A stretch of 20,000 bases of DNA from an uncultured virus (IMG/VR IMGVR_UViG_3300028195_000003) (Duplodnaviria > Heunggongvirae > Uroviricota > Caudoviricetes): the IMG/VR virus record IMGVR_UViG_3300028195_000003; one strand, 5' to 3'. The notes under the pieces were generated by a model. That model searched no databases. It saw nothing but the letters and a program-made list of their open reading frames with translations, and was not told the DNA's origin. Every line of letters begins with the position of its first letter. The first letter of the stretch is position 1. The position numbers and the translations under genes were made by a program. Of the stretch, positions 1 to 8,097 are shown piece by piece.

Positions 1-804
1 GCCCCAGGCCACCTGGAACGCGCCCTCTGGCACGTCGAAGATCGTCGCTGCGGGCGCGATCGGGTTGTTGAGCACCTGCGGCAGATAGAGGCTCTGGTCA
101 CCAGCCTGCACGCCGGAGATCTCCCAGGCCCACTCGATCCTGTCAATCCCCGGGTTCTGTGACTGGATGATCTCGACACGCACCACCGAGTAACCATCGA
201 GCAAGAACGACCCGGTGAACCCGCCACCGACGAAGAACTCACGGCTGGTCTCCGCTCCGCCGCCTGCTCCAGCGGTGATCCTCAGCTGGATGGAGCTTGT
301 CCCGTTTCCGGACGTGTCCGGGCAACGAATCATCAGGAACGGTCGCTCTGGGGTCGGGCGGATCGTCATGCTCCCCTGCTGAAGCCTGCCAGACTGCCAC
401 CTGTTCTTTTCGGCCCTGGCGAGCTCTTCGGAATACCCTGGCCCACGAACACCACCATCTGTGAAGCCAGCCTGACCCCTGGCGTCCCACGGCTGCCTGT
501 CATGTCCTGTCAGGCGACCGTAGGTCCCCATCTGGGTCGTGCGCCAACCTCTGACGTCAGGGGCCCTGTACAGCGCGTCCGATCCGACACGGACACCGGC
601 AGAGAGCGTGCGCTGAGTAGCGAGCCTATGCGCCTCTGCTGCCGCTCTTGCTGCGTACGGATCAGCGAGCCTGCGACCGACCTGGGCATACTGCTGCGCC
701 AGATCCTCGCTCGGGTCCGTCACCTGACCGCTGGCCCTGAGCGCGAGCTGCTCACGGCTCGAAAAGTCACGATGAACCCTTGGATATCGTCTGTCGGATC
801 CCAT
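1..804 (-). CDS. Paralog 3 of the tandem beta-rich family (partial; 3' end beyond window edge)
   Basis: Not in the ORF track; translated by hand. The ATG at 804 overlaps the TGA of the upstream gene (TGATG). The frame stays open to base 1: MGSDRRYPRVHRDFSSREQLALRASGQV...DPYAARAA...VRGWRTTQMGT...QPWDARGQAGF...NRWQSGRL...FLLDGY...WAWEISGVQAGDQSLYLPQV...VPEGAFQVAWG. It is colinear with 804-1889 and 1899-2924. Confidence 0.93.
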   Translation of the reverse strand, partial: MGSDRRYPRVHRDFSSREQLALRASGQVTDPSEDLAQQYAQVGRRLADPYAARAAAEAHRLATQRTLSAGVRVGSDALYRAPDVRGWRTTQMGTYGRLTGHDRQPWDARGQAGFTDGGVRGPGYSEELARAEKNRWQSGRLQQGSMTIRPTPERPFLMIRCPDTSGNGTSSIQLRITAGAGGGAETSREFFVGGGFTGSFLLDGYSVVRVEIIQSQNPGIDRIEWAWEISGVQAGDQSLYLPQVLNNPIAPAATIFDVPEGAFQVAWG

Positions 805-1889
805 CAGATCGAACGAAGCCTCCACAGAACCGAGACCTGGGCAGCGTTGTTGAGCTGGTACTGCGACCCCATCGTCGGGAAGTTGATGAACACACCGGGG
901 GCGCCTGGCGCCAAGAAGTCCGCTCCGTTGACGGGGTTGAGCCACGACAGGGTCGCCGGAGCGTCGCCCCAGACCACCTCGAAGGCTCCCTCGGGGACGT
1001 CGTAGACGGTCATGACGCCACCAGGAGTCAGCACCTGAGGAAGATAGAGGCTCTGATCACCGGCCTGCACGCCGGAGACCTCCCAGGCCCACTCGATCCT
1101 GTCGACGCCTGGGTTCTGGACCTGCAGCAGCTGAACCTTGACGGTCTGGTATCCGTCGAGCAAGAACGCCGCCGTGAAACCACCGCCAAGGAAGAACTCC
1201 CTGCTGAACTCAGCGCCACCAGGAGATCCTGCGGTGAGCCTGATGCTGACCGAGCTGGTCCCGTCGCCAGCGGTGTCCGGGCAGCGGATCATCAAGTACG
1301 GACGCTCTTGGCTCGGGTACAGGGTCATCGTGCCCTGCTCGAGCCTTCCAGACTGCCAGCGGTTGCGTTCGGCTCGATGAAGCTCTTCGGCGAACCCAGG
1401 CGGCCTGGCTCCTGTCTCGAGGAACCCAGCCTGCTGACGAGCGTCCCAGGGCTGACTGTCATAGCCGGGCATCGTCCCCACCGTCCCCATCTGCGTCGTA
1501 CGCCAGCCACGCACGCTCGCCGCAGGATAGGCGGGCCCGTCCGATCTCACGTCCATCCCCGCATGCAGGGTCCTGTAGCGACTGGCCTCGATGGCCTCCG
1601 CTGCCGCTCTGGCCGCATACGGATCGACGATCCTGCGCCCAACCTGCTCATACTCGGTGTACTGGTCCTCGCTCGAGTCCATCACCTGGCCGCTGGACCG
1701 AAGCGACAGCTGAGCCTGGCTGGTGAAGCTGCGCTGAACCGTCGCGCCGCGATCGACGCCTTGCCCGGGCTGAGGCTGGCCACGCTGGACCCCTTGCCTG
1801 GACTCCCTCTGCCGACCGCTCTGGCGGTTCTTGCCGCCACGCCTGGTCGTTGCCGCCATCGTCCCGGAGTATCGGTCCATGTAGCCCAT
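804..1889 (-). CDS. Paralog 2 of the tandem family (361 aa): basic disordered N-terminus, beta-rich C-terminal half; putative structural protein
   Basis: ORF with RBS TAGGAG upstream of ATG. Shares many identical blocks with both neighbours. Function is inferred only. Confidence 0.9.
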   Translation of the reverse strand: MGYMDRYSGTMAATTRRGGKNRQSGRQRESRQGVQRGQPQPGQGVDRGATVQRSFTSQAQLSLRSSGQVMDSSEDQYTEYEQVGRRIVDPYAARAAAEAIEASRYRTLHAGMDVRSDGPAYPAASVRGWRTTQMGTVGTMPGYDSQPWDARQQAGFLETGARPPGFAEELHRAERNRWQSGRLEQGTMTLYPSQERPYLMIRCPDTAGDGTSSVSIRLTAGSPGGAEFSREFFLGGGFTAAFLLDGYQTVKVQLLQVQNPGVDRIEWAWEVSGVQAGDQSLYLPQVLTPGGVMTVYDVPEGAFEVVWGDAPATLSWLNPVNGADFLAPGAPGVFINFPTMGSQYQLNNAAQVSVLWRLRSI

Positions 1890-1898
1890 GATGATCTC

Positions 1899-2924
1899 CT
1901 AAATGGGTCTGATGAACCACATAACGGTCACCGTGTTGTTCATCGCGAACTGCGAGCCCTGAACGGGGTACCGAATCCAAGGAATGGAGGCAACGGCGAC
2001 CATGTCGACGCCGATCAGCGGGTTGATCCACCTGATACCGCCCGCAGCAGCAGTGCTCGTTGGTGACACGCTCCACACCACGTCGTAGGCCCCCTCCGGT
2101 ACGTTGAAGATCTGATCATTGACATTGTCACCGACGTAGGTCTGGGCGAAGTACAGCTGCTGATCACCAGCCTGAAGCCCCGTGACCTCCCAAGCCCACT
2201 GCAGCACGTCTGTCAGGTTGGTCTTGGAGAGAATCTCCACACGGACGGTCTGGTACCCGTCCAACAAGAAGCTGGCGGTGTAACCGCCACCAAGGAAGAA
2301 GGTGCGCTGGGTCTCTGCGCCACCAGGAGATCCGGCCGTCAAGCGGACGATGAGCTCGCTGTTCCCGTTGTTCGGAAAAGCGCGCAGGCTCAGGTATGGA
2401 CGCTCCGCAGACGGATGCAGGGTCATGCTCTCCGTCGCCAGACCTGCCCCAAGGGTTCCAGACTGCCAGCGGTTCTTCTCCGCCCTGTCGAGCTCTTCGA
2501 CGAACCCGGGGGCCCGAGAACCCGTCTCGAGGAAGCCCGCCTGCTGACGAGCATCCCAGGGCTGCCGATCGTAGCCTGTCAGCTGACCGGATGTTCCCAT
2601 CTGGGTCATGCGCCAGCCGCGCACACTCGGAGCCGGGTAGACCGTAGCGTCCGATCGGACGTCCATACCGGCATGAACAGTCCTGTACTTGGCAGCCCTC
2701 ATCGACTCCTCTGCGGCCCGTGCCGCATAGGGATCGAAGATGCGCCGCCCAACCTGGCGGAACTCCCTCTCCAGATCCTCGTTGGCGTCCACCACCTGGC
2801 CGCTCTCCCTGAGTGCCAGCTGCTCTTGACTGGTGAAGTCGCGCTGGACCTGCGGACTACGCGGACCCTTGGTCTTGGATGGATAGGGCTGCCAGCCGCC
2901 AGCGCTCGTGCGTCTCCTGCTCAT
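1899..2924 (-). CDS. Paralog 1 of the tandem family (341 aa); putative structural protein
   Basis: ORF with RBS ACAGGAGG; paralogous to the two downstream genes. Confidence 0.9.
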   Translation of the reverse strand: MSRRRTSAGGWQPYPSKTKGPRSPQVQRDFTSQEQLALRESGQVVDANEDLEREFRQVGRRIFDPYAARAAEESMRAAKYRTVHAGMDVRSDATVYPAPSVRGWRMTQMGTSGQLTGYDRQPWDARQQAGFLETGSRAPGFVEELDRAEKNRWQSGTLGAGLATESMTLHPSAERPYLSLRAFPNNGNSELIVRLTAGSPGGAETQRTFFLGGGYTASFLLDGYQTVRVEILSKTNLTDVLQWAWEVTGLQAGDQQLYFAQTYVGDNVNDQIFNVPEGAYDVVWSVSPTSTAAAGGIRWINPLIGVDMVAVASIPWIRYPVQGSQFAMNNTVTVMWFIRPI

Positions 2925-3001
2925 GCTGCAGCCTCCTGTCCTGGAATGGCCGGCTCATCGTGTTCACCAGTGACATCGACAAGGCGTGACCTCGTCTTCA
3001 T
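2921..3001 (-). CDS. Possible 26-aa coupling peptide (MKTRSRLVDVTGEHDEPAIPGQEAAA)
   Basis: Fills the gap exactly: ATG 1 nt after the previous TAG, and its TGA overlaps the next ATG (ATGA). No homology recognised. Confidence 0.3.
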   Translation of the reverse strand: MKTRSRLVDVTGEHDEPAIPGQEAAA

Positions 3002-3002
3002 C

Positions 3003-3329
3003 CTACCTGGACAACGCGACAGCAGCCACTCCCAGGCCGGCCAGGACGATGGCCGTGAGGTTGTCGCCCTTGAACCACAGCCCCTCGGCCCCGACACCGA
3101 CCTCGACGGAGTCGTCGTTGTAGCCCTCGGCACCGAAGGCGGGCTTCGTTCCCCGGAAGCCGGTGCTCCCGGACCTGGGCTCCATCAGACGCTCGTCGGT
3201 GGAGTCCATGTTGGGAACGAGCCCATAGGGCCTGGTCTGGTAGAGGTAGCCAAACTCATCGTCGGCCTCGAAGGGTGCGAGTCCTTCGAACCCTTCACCG
3301 CAGCCGCAGCAGCTCTTGTCACGCGCCAT
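3003..3329 (-). CDS. Small protein (108 aa) with C-terminal membrane anchor
   Basis: RBS GCAGGAGG. N-terminal CCGCG. Hydrophobic C-terminus LTAIVLAGLGVAAVALSR. Confidence 0.8.
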   Translation of the reverse strand: MARDKSCCGCGEGFEGLAPFEADDEFGYLYQTRPYGLVPNMDSTDERLMEPRSGSTGFRGTKPAFGAEGYNDDSVEVGVGAEGLWFKGDNLTAIVLAGLGVAAVALSR

Positions 3330-3331
3330 GT

Positions 3332-3628
3332 CTACCTCCTGCGGCGGCGCTTCTTTCCGCCCGCCGGCGAGATTTTCTTCAGGTCTTTCATCTTGAAGTG
3401 TCGTACAACAGCATAGCTGCTACCGAAGACCGCGCCAAGCAGCGCGGCCGTCATGAGCAGCTCCCCGGTCTGCACCCGGGCCCGCTCACCACGCTCTACT
3501 TCGAGCTGGTGAGCGAGTACCTCGACCGCTTCACGGGACGTCAGGTCTCGCAGCTGTGCCTCCCGGCCCCGGGAGGTTCCCATGACCGGCGCCCTGTGGG
3601 CTCCAGGTGCCGGTCGCTGCGAACTCAT
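3332..3628 (-). CDS. Small membrane protein (98 aa) with basic tail
   Basis: RBS-like CGGAG. Hydrophobic segment LLMTAALLGAVFGSSYAVV. Ends GGKKRRRRR. Tightly packed in the operon. Confidence 0.75.
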   Translation of the reverse strand: MSSQRPAPGAHRAPVMGTSRGREAQLRDLTSREAVEVLAHQLEVERGERARVQTGELLMTAALLGAVFGSSYAVVRHFKMKDLKKISPAGGKKRRRRR

Positions 3629-3655
3629 GAATGCTCCGTGTTCGGCGCCCTCCGG

Positions 3656-4972
3656 CTACCTGCCCTTCAGCAGGGCCACGATGGTCATGGCAGCCGAGCC
3701 GACCCCGATGATGGCGGGGACGGTGGGCAGCTTCCAGCCTTCGGCCGCGGGGGGCGCGATGGCGTCCGGCGCGTACTCCTGGGCGGGAGGCGCGTCGAAG
3801 GGGCCCATGCCTCCCTCTGCGGGGAGCGTGGCGGGGGCCGGGGCGGGGGCGGTGGTGAAGCGGTCGTTGACATAGAACAGACCACTGTTCCAGCCCTCGG
3901 TGATGGCTTCGGCCAGACCGTCGTAGGCGTCGATGAACTCCACCATGGAGAACGTCGCGCTCCTGATCTGATCCGCGGTCCAGCTCTGGGCCGCCTGCAG
4001 GTAGCCATCCGCCGTCTCGCCGATGACGGCACGGATGATGCCATCGAACCAGTCATCGGGCTCGGGCGCGGCGATCTCGGAGACCTGACGACCCACGACA
4101 GCCAGTGCGCCGGCGATGGAGTTCCGCAGGCAGTAGAGGTAGGCCGTCGCGTTGATCGCCTGCTCGTTGCTGGCAGGGTTGAAGCCCTGGACAGCGTCGA
4201 CGAAGTCGCTCGACATGGCCTTGATCATCTCCAGAGAGTTCTTCTTGGAGGCGGCCCAGGCCACAGCCAGCTTGGCTACGGTACCAGGGGTGCTGAAGAT
4301 ATCGACGAGCTGGTCGTCGATCCTGTCGAAGATCTCCGAAGCGGCACGGAGGCTGTCGTCGCCCTCACCGGGCAGCATCGCCGAGTACATGGCGACGCGG
4401 ATCATGGCGCGCTGGTCCTTGGGACCCTTGCTGTCCCACGAGGCGAACTTCGGCTGCGAGATGAGCTTGCGGAGGATGTCCTTGACCTCGCCCTCTGGGC
4501 CGAGGATGCCCTGCCAGTCCGGCTGCAGCCACCCGGGGATGTAGAAGGCGTTGACGATGTCCGCCACCCGGTCCTCGTTCACACACATCTTGGTGTGACC
4601 GTCGCAGAACATGTTTTCCTGGTCCGTGATGTAAGCCGTGGGCGCGACGGAAGGGTCGTTGCCGTAGTCCTCGTAGGCCGCGGCCGGCATGGTGCCGTAC
4701 TCGTCGTCATCGTCGAGCATCTCGTCCAGCTCGTCCTCGTCTTCGTCCGGGTCGTAGCCCTCGGGGGTCTCGTCCTCGTCGAAGTCGTCGGAGTCGTCCT
4801 CGTAGTCGTCATCGTCGGTGTACTCTTCCTCGTCCTCGAGGACGTCGTCGTCCAGGTCACCGAAGATGTCATCGGTGTCGTGGAGACCGTACTCCTCCTC
4901 AGCAGTGAGGACTGGACTGTTCAGGGCCCCGTAGAGCTCCTCGGCCGTCAGGATGTTGTCTTGCAGAGCCAT
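3656..4972 (-). CDS. 438-aa protein: very acidic N-terminus, helical core, Pro/Ala linker, C-terminal membrane anchor
   Basis: Start moved to ATG 4972 (MALQDN...) because ACAGGAG lies just upstream. C-terminus LPTVPAIIGVGSAAMTIVALLKGR. Confidence 0.85.
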   Translation of the reverse strand: MALQDNILTAEELYGALNSPVLTAEEEYGLHDTDDIFGDLDDDVLEDEEEYTDDDDYEDDSDDFDEDETPEGYDPDEDEDELDEMLDDDDEYGTMPAAAYEDYGNDPSVAPTAYITDQENMFCDGHTKMCVNEDRVADIVNAFYIPGWLQPDWQGILGPEGEVKDILRKLISQPKFASWDSKGPKDQRAMIRVAMYSAMLPGEGDDSLRAASEIFDRIDDQLVDIFSTPGTVAKLAVAWAASKKNSLEMIKAMSSDFVDAVQGFNPASNEQAINATAYLYCLRNSIAGALAVVGRQVSEIAAPEPDDWFDGIIRAVIGETADGYLQAAQSWTADQIRSATFSMVEFIDAYDGLAEAITEGWNSGLFYVNDRFTTAPAPAPATLPAEGGMGPFDAPPAQEYAPDAIAPPAAEGWKLPTVPAIIGVGSAAMTIVALLKGR

Positions 4973-5079
4973 TCGGAATCTCCTGTCTCGTCGGTTCGAA
5001 GGCATGACCCGGTCCTTGCGGGCCCTTTCGCCTTGCAGCGTATCACGAGCTGGTGTGGAAGGAAAGAGAAGGTGGTTGT

Positions 5080-5122
5080 CACGGAAAGAAAGAAGAGGTT
5101 GGAGCGATCGGGAGGATCGCTC
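5080..5122 (-). terminator. Putative intrinsic terminator/attenuator
   Basis: 8-bp stem GAGCGATC/GATCGCTC (5102-5122) at the stop codon, followed on the minus strand by pyrimidine-rich CTCTTCTTTCTTTCC. Confidence 0.45.
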
Positions 5123-6524
5123 AGCTGAGGGACCTGGCCACCAGGCCTACGCCAGCGACCACAGCCAGCACACCCAGGCCCAGGCCTGCGCCCATCTTCA
5201 GGGACTCGCTGAAGGTGCCAGGGGGCTTACTGTCCTCGCCGTAGCGCTCGAGCTCGCTGTCGTGGTGACGGGGAGCGTAGGTGGGCACCGTGGAGTGGAT
5301 GGAGCCGTAGGAGTCAGAGCCACCGAGCATGGACTTGGCGCCCTTCACCGAGTGACTGGCCATGTCGAGCACCTTCTGGACACGGTGAGCATCCCTAGAC
5401 TCAGAACCTGCAACCGAGCTCGCCCTGTTGATCAGGTCGTCAGCCGCATTCAGCTTGTCCATCACCGTAGAACCAGAAGGACGGCCACCAGAGGCGATCA
5501 GCTCAGCCCGGTGCTCCATCATCTTGTTGATACGATCCAGCCTATCCGAGCTTGGACTCTTGGCCATCAAAGCCTCGATCCTGCTATCGAGCTGGTCCAA
5601 CGACAGAGCGCCGTAGCCAGCACGACCCTGTCCCGGGCGCCTGTCGGCACCGATGCTCGCCAGATAGCGCCTGGTCACGTCCAGGTCCCGGTGGGCATCC
5701 TGGAGATCCACCCTGAGGCGCTCCTTGTCCAACGACGTGAGAACGATCTCGCCCCTGATCTTCGTACCGATCTGGGACAGATCATGCTGGACGTTGGTGG
5801 CATAGTCCCAGGCGTCGAACTTGCTCGGACGGGCGGGAGGTGGGGAATACTCACCGCCGTAGCGAGGGGCATAGGTGGGGACGACGTCGGCGAAGCCACC
5901 GAACAGGTCGTCGTTCTCGCTGGGGAAACGAATGCGATCCCGCTGCTCGTAGGACCGTCGCAGGGCCTGGTTCTGCAGTTCGCTGGAGGGCTCGTCCAGC
6001 AGACGCTCGATCTCGTCGTCGATCTCGGCGATCCGCTGGTTCATGACGTTCTTGTCCGCAACGGCTTCCTGCCCCTTGCGGATATGGCGCGCCATGCGCC
6101 TGCCCAGACGGGGCAGACCGGGGGTCATGCTCTCGGAGGAGAAGGCGGGCTCGGCGGGTCCGATGTCACCGAAGATGTCCTCGGAGTCCAGCTCGAAGTC
6201 GTCGATGGCGCCGAAGATGCCTTCCTCGACCACCTGCTCGGAGATCTGCTCGGCCAGCTCTTCGATGTTGAGACCGGAACCGGGCATGATTCCGCTCTCC
6301 TCATCGTAGCCACCGGAGAGATCCTCGTAACCAGAACCCAAGCCGGACTCATAGGCCTCGGCCATGGGCGAGACGGACTGCTGGGGCCGCTGAGGGCGCT
6401 GAGGACGCTGAGGACGACGAGGGCGATTGCTGACCCTTAGCTTACGGATCGACTTTGCCAGAGATGGAGCTCCGGAACCGCCCCTTCTTGCTGTTACCGA
6501 TCCACCGTAGAAAGCATCACTCAT
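5121..6524 (-). CDS. 467-aa modular helical protein with C-terminal membrane anchor
   Basis: RBS ACAGGAG. Basic PQR repeats, acidic tract, coiled-coil-like segments, duplicated VPTYAPR. C-terminus GAGLGLGVLAVVAGVGLVARSLS. Confidence 0.88.
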   Translation of the reverse strand: MSDAFYGGSVTARRGGSGAPSLAKSIRKLRVSNRPRRPQRPQRPQRPQQSVSPMAEAYESGLGSGYEDLSGGYDEESGIMPGSGLNIEELAEQISEQVVEEGIFGAIDDFELDSEDIFGDIGPAEPAFSSESMTPGLPRLGRRMARHIRKGQEAVADKNVMNQRIAEIDDEIERLLDEPSSELQNQALRRSYEQRDRIRFPSENDDLFGGFADVVPTYAPRYGGEYSPPPARPSKFDAWDYATNVQHDLSQIGTKIRGEIVLTSLDKERLRVDLQDAHRDLDVTRRYLASIGADRRPGQGRAGYGALSLDQLDSRIEALMAKSPSSDRLDRINKMMEHRAELIASGGRPSGSTVMDKLNAADDLINRASSVAGSESRDAHRVQKVLDMASHSVKGAKSMLGGSDSYGSIHSTVPTYAPRHHDSELERYGEDSKPPGTFSESLKMGAGLGLGVLAVVAGVGLVARSLS

Positions 6525-6527
6525 GGT

Positions 6528-7997
6528 TCACTCCTGTCCTTCGAGATCGAGATCGAGATCCTGCAGATCTTCGAGATCATCGTAGTCTTCTTCTTCCTGC
6601 TCGTCCAGCTCGTCCAGCTCCTCATCCTGCTCGTCCAGCTCGTCCGCGGCCTCCACCAGGGCTGCCATGGACTCGAGCTCTCGCTCTTCCAGAGCTGACG
6701 CGATCATCTCCACCCTGGACAGCGGGACGATGGCTCCGACCACACAGGTGCGGTCCAGGGCGCCCATGGCTTCCTTCTCCTCGGGATCGTCACGACGTTC
6801 GGCGACCCACTCCTTGATGTCGCCGGTCTTCTCGGCCTTCCACTCACTGAATCGCTTGGACGCCTCTGGGAACTTACCCTTGAGGACAGGACCAGCGGCA
6901 GAAGATACCGCGGAGATGAGCAGCGGAAGGAAGATGGCACCGTACCGCACACAGCCCTTGTACTCGGGCAGATCGGTCTTGGGAACCAGGATGGAACCGT
7001 TCCCATCACAGACCAGGCAGCTCTTACCCGCGCCCTTGGTGATGGAGCCGTACTCGACACGACTGCACGACGGGCAGGGGACGGGATGCAGCGCACCATG
7101 GACCTCGTCCACGATCTTTCCGCTGCTGTACACGATGGGCTGTGCGCCGGGATCCCTGACCATCGAGGCGCCCTCTGCTGGATCGACAGCCAGTAGCGCA
7201 GAGCGTCCGGACTTCAGGGACCTGTCCACCGCCTTCTTGGCGGACCTCGACGGCTGACGGCCGATGAACCCATGGGGTGTGGTCACCGACGCAGAGAAGC
7301 GGCTCGAACCCTTCAAGCCTTCGAAACGATCCAGACCAGAGCCGAGCTCATCCTGCGCCGCCATCGCGCCCTCATGGGCTCCGATGTCGTCAGCAACGTA
7401 GACAGGGGGAGCCTGCATGGCGTCGGCCACGATCGCGTCATCTCCAGCTGCAGCCTCTGGATCGATACCCTCGCGTACCCCGGAACCGGCCCGGTAGGCC
7501 AGATCCTGGACACCAGCGCCCTGCTCGAGACCGGAAGCCCCGGACAGGGCCGGAACGACCACATGCTTTCCGAGCGCGAAGATGCCCTTGCCGATGGCGG
7601 AGAAGAGGCCGGAGTAAGCAGCCTCGGCCTCACGCTCCGAGACGCCCGCGAACTTCAGCGCGTCCGTCACGCCCTGCTTGTACCCCTCACCGTAGCCGTC
7701 ACTCTCGGACAGCTTACCGGCCCTGGCATCCCGGACCCGGTTCGCCATGGAAACGCGGCCGAACGAGGTGACGCCGAGGGAGGGTCCCTCGTCGTCTTCC
7801 GTTAGAACCTGCTCGATCTCGTCGATGATGGCGCTCTCGTCGTCATCGTCTTCGACATCGTCGTCGACATCGTCTTCGCGCCCGGTCCAGTCGATATCGT
7901 AATCTTCGACGATGGAAGCAAGGGTGTCCATAGGACCGCTCTCCTGCATCAGCTCATCGAGCGTCCAGCCCTCGAGATCGATCCTGTCGTCAGCCAT
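6528..7997 (-). CDS. 489-aa acidic protein with amphipathic helices and a CxxC...CxxCxGxG zinc finger
   Basis: Start moved to ATG 7997 (MADDRID...) given ACAGGAG 8 nt upstream. CPSC...CLVCDGNG at ~6996-7076. Acidic termini. Confidence 0.85.
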   Translation of the reverse strand: MADDRIDLEGWTLDELMQESGPMDTLASIVEDYDIDWTGREDDVDDDVEDDDDESAIIDEIEQVLTEDDEGPSLGVTSFGRVSMANRVRDARAGKLSESDGYGEGYKQGVTDALKFAGVSEREAEAAYSGLFSAIGKGIFALGKHVVVPALSGASGLEQGAGVQDLAYRAGSGVREGIDPEAAAGDDAIVADAMQAPPVYVADDIGAHEGAMAAQDELGSGLDRFEGLKGSSRFSASVTTPHGFIGRQPSRSAKKAVDRSLKSGRSALLAVDPAEGASMVRDPGAQPIVYSSGKIVDEVHGALHPVPCPSCSRVEYGSITKGAGKSCLVCDGNGSILVPKTDLPEYKGCVRYGAIFLPLLISAVSSAAGPVLKGKFPEASKRFSEWKAEKTGDIKEWVAERRDDPEEKEAMGALDRTCVVGAIVPLSRVEMIASALEERELESMAALVEAADELDEQDEELDELDEQEEEDYDDLEDLQDLDLDLEGQE

Positions 7998-8097
7998 GGG
8001 ACCCACTCCTGTTGGCAGGCGTCGGACCCGGAGATGAAGTCCTCGTGACCAACGCCGTACCTTTCATGTACTCGAACCGAAGAAGATGGAACCTGTA

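Noticed and set aside
1..804. Possible pseudogene (only an off-frame 83-aa minus ORF is listed in the track)
   Set aside because: Manual translation gives an uninterrupted 268-codon frame; it is absent from the track only because its stop lies outside the window.
6542..6645. Short DNA repeats (GAGATC x3; 21-bp duplication at 6595/6625) as regulatory elements
   Set aside because: They encode the acidic DLDLDL/ELDEQ tail of the 489-aa protein.
6996..7076. DnaJ chaperone
   Set aside because: Only one CxxC...CxxCxGxG zinc site; no J-domain HPD motif.
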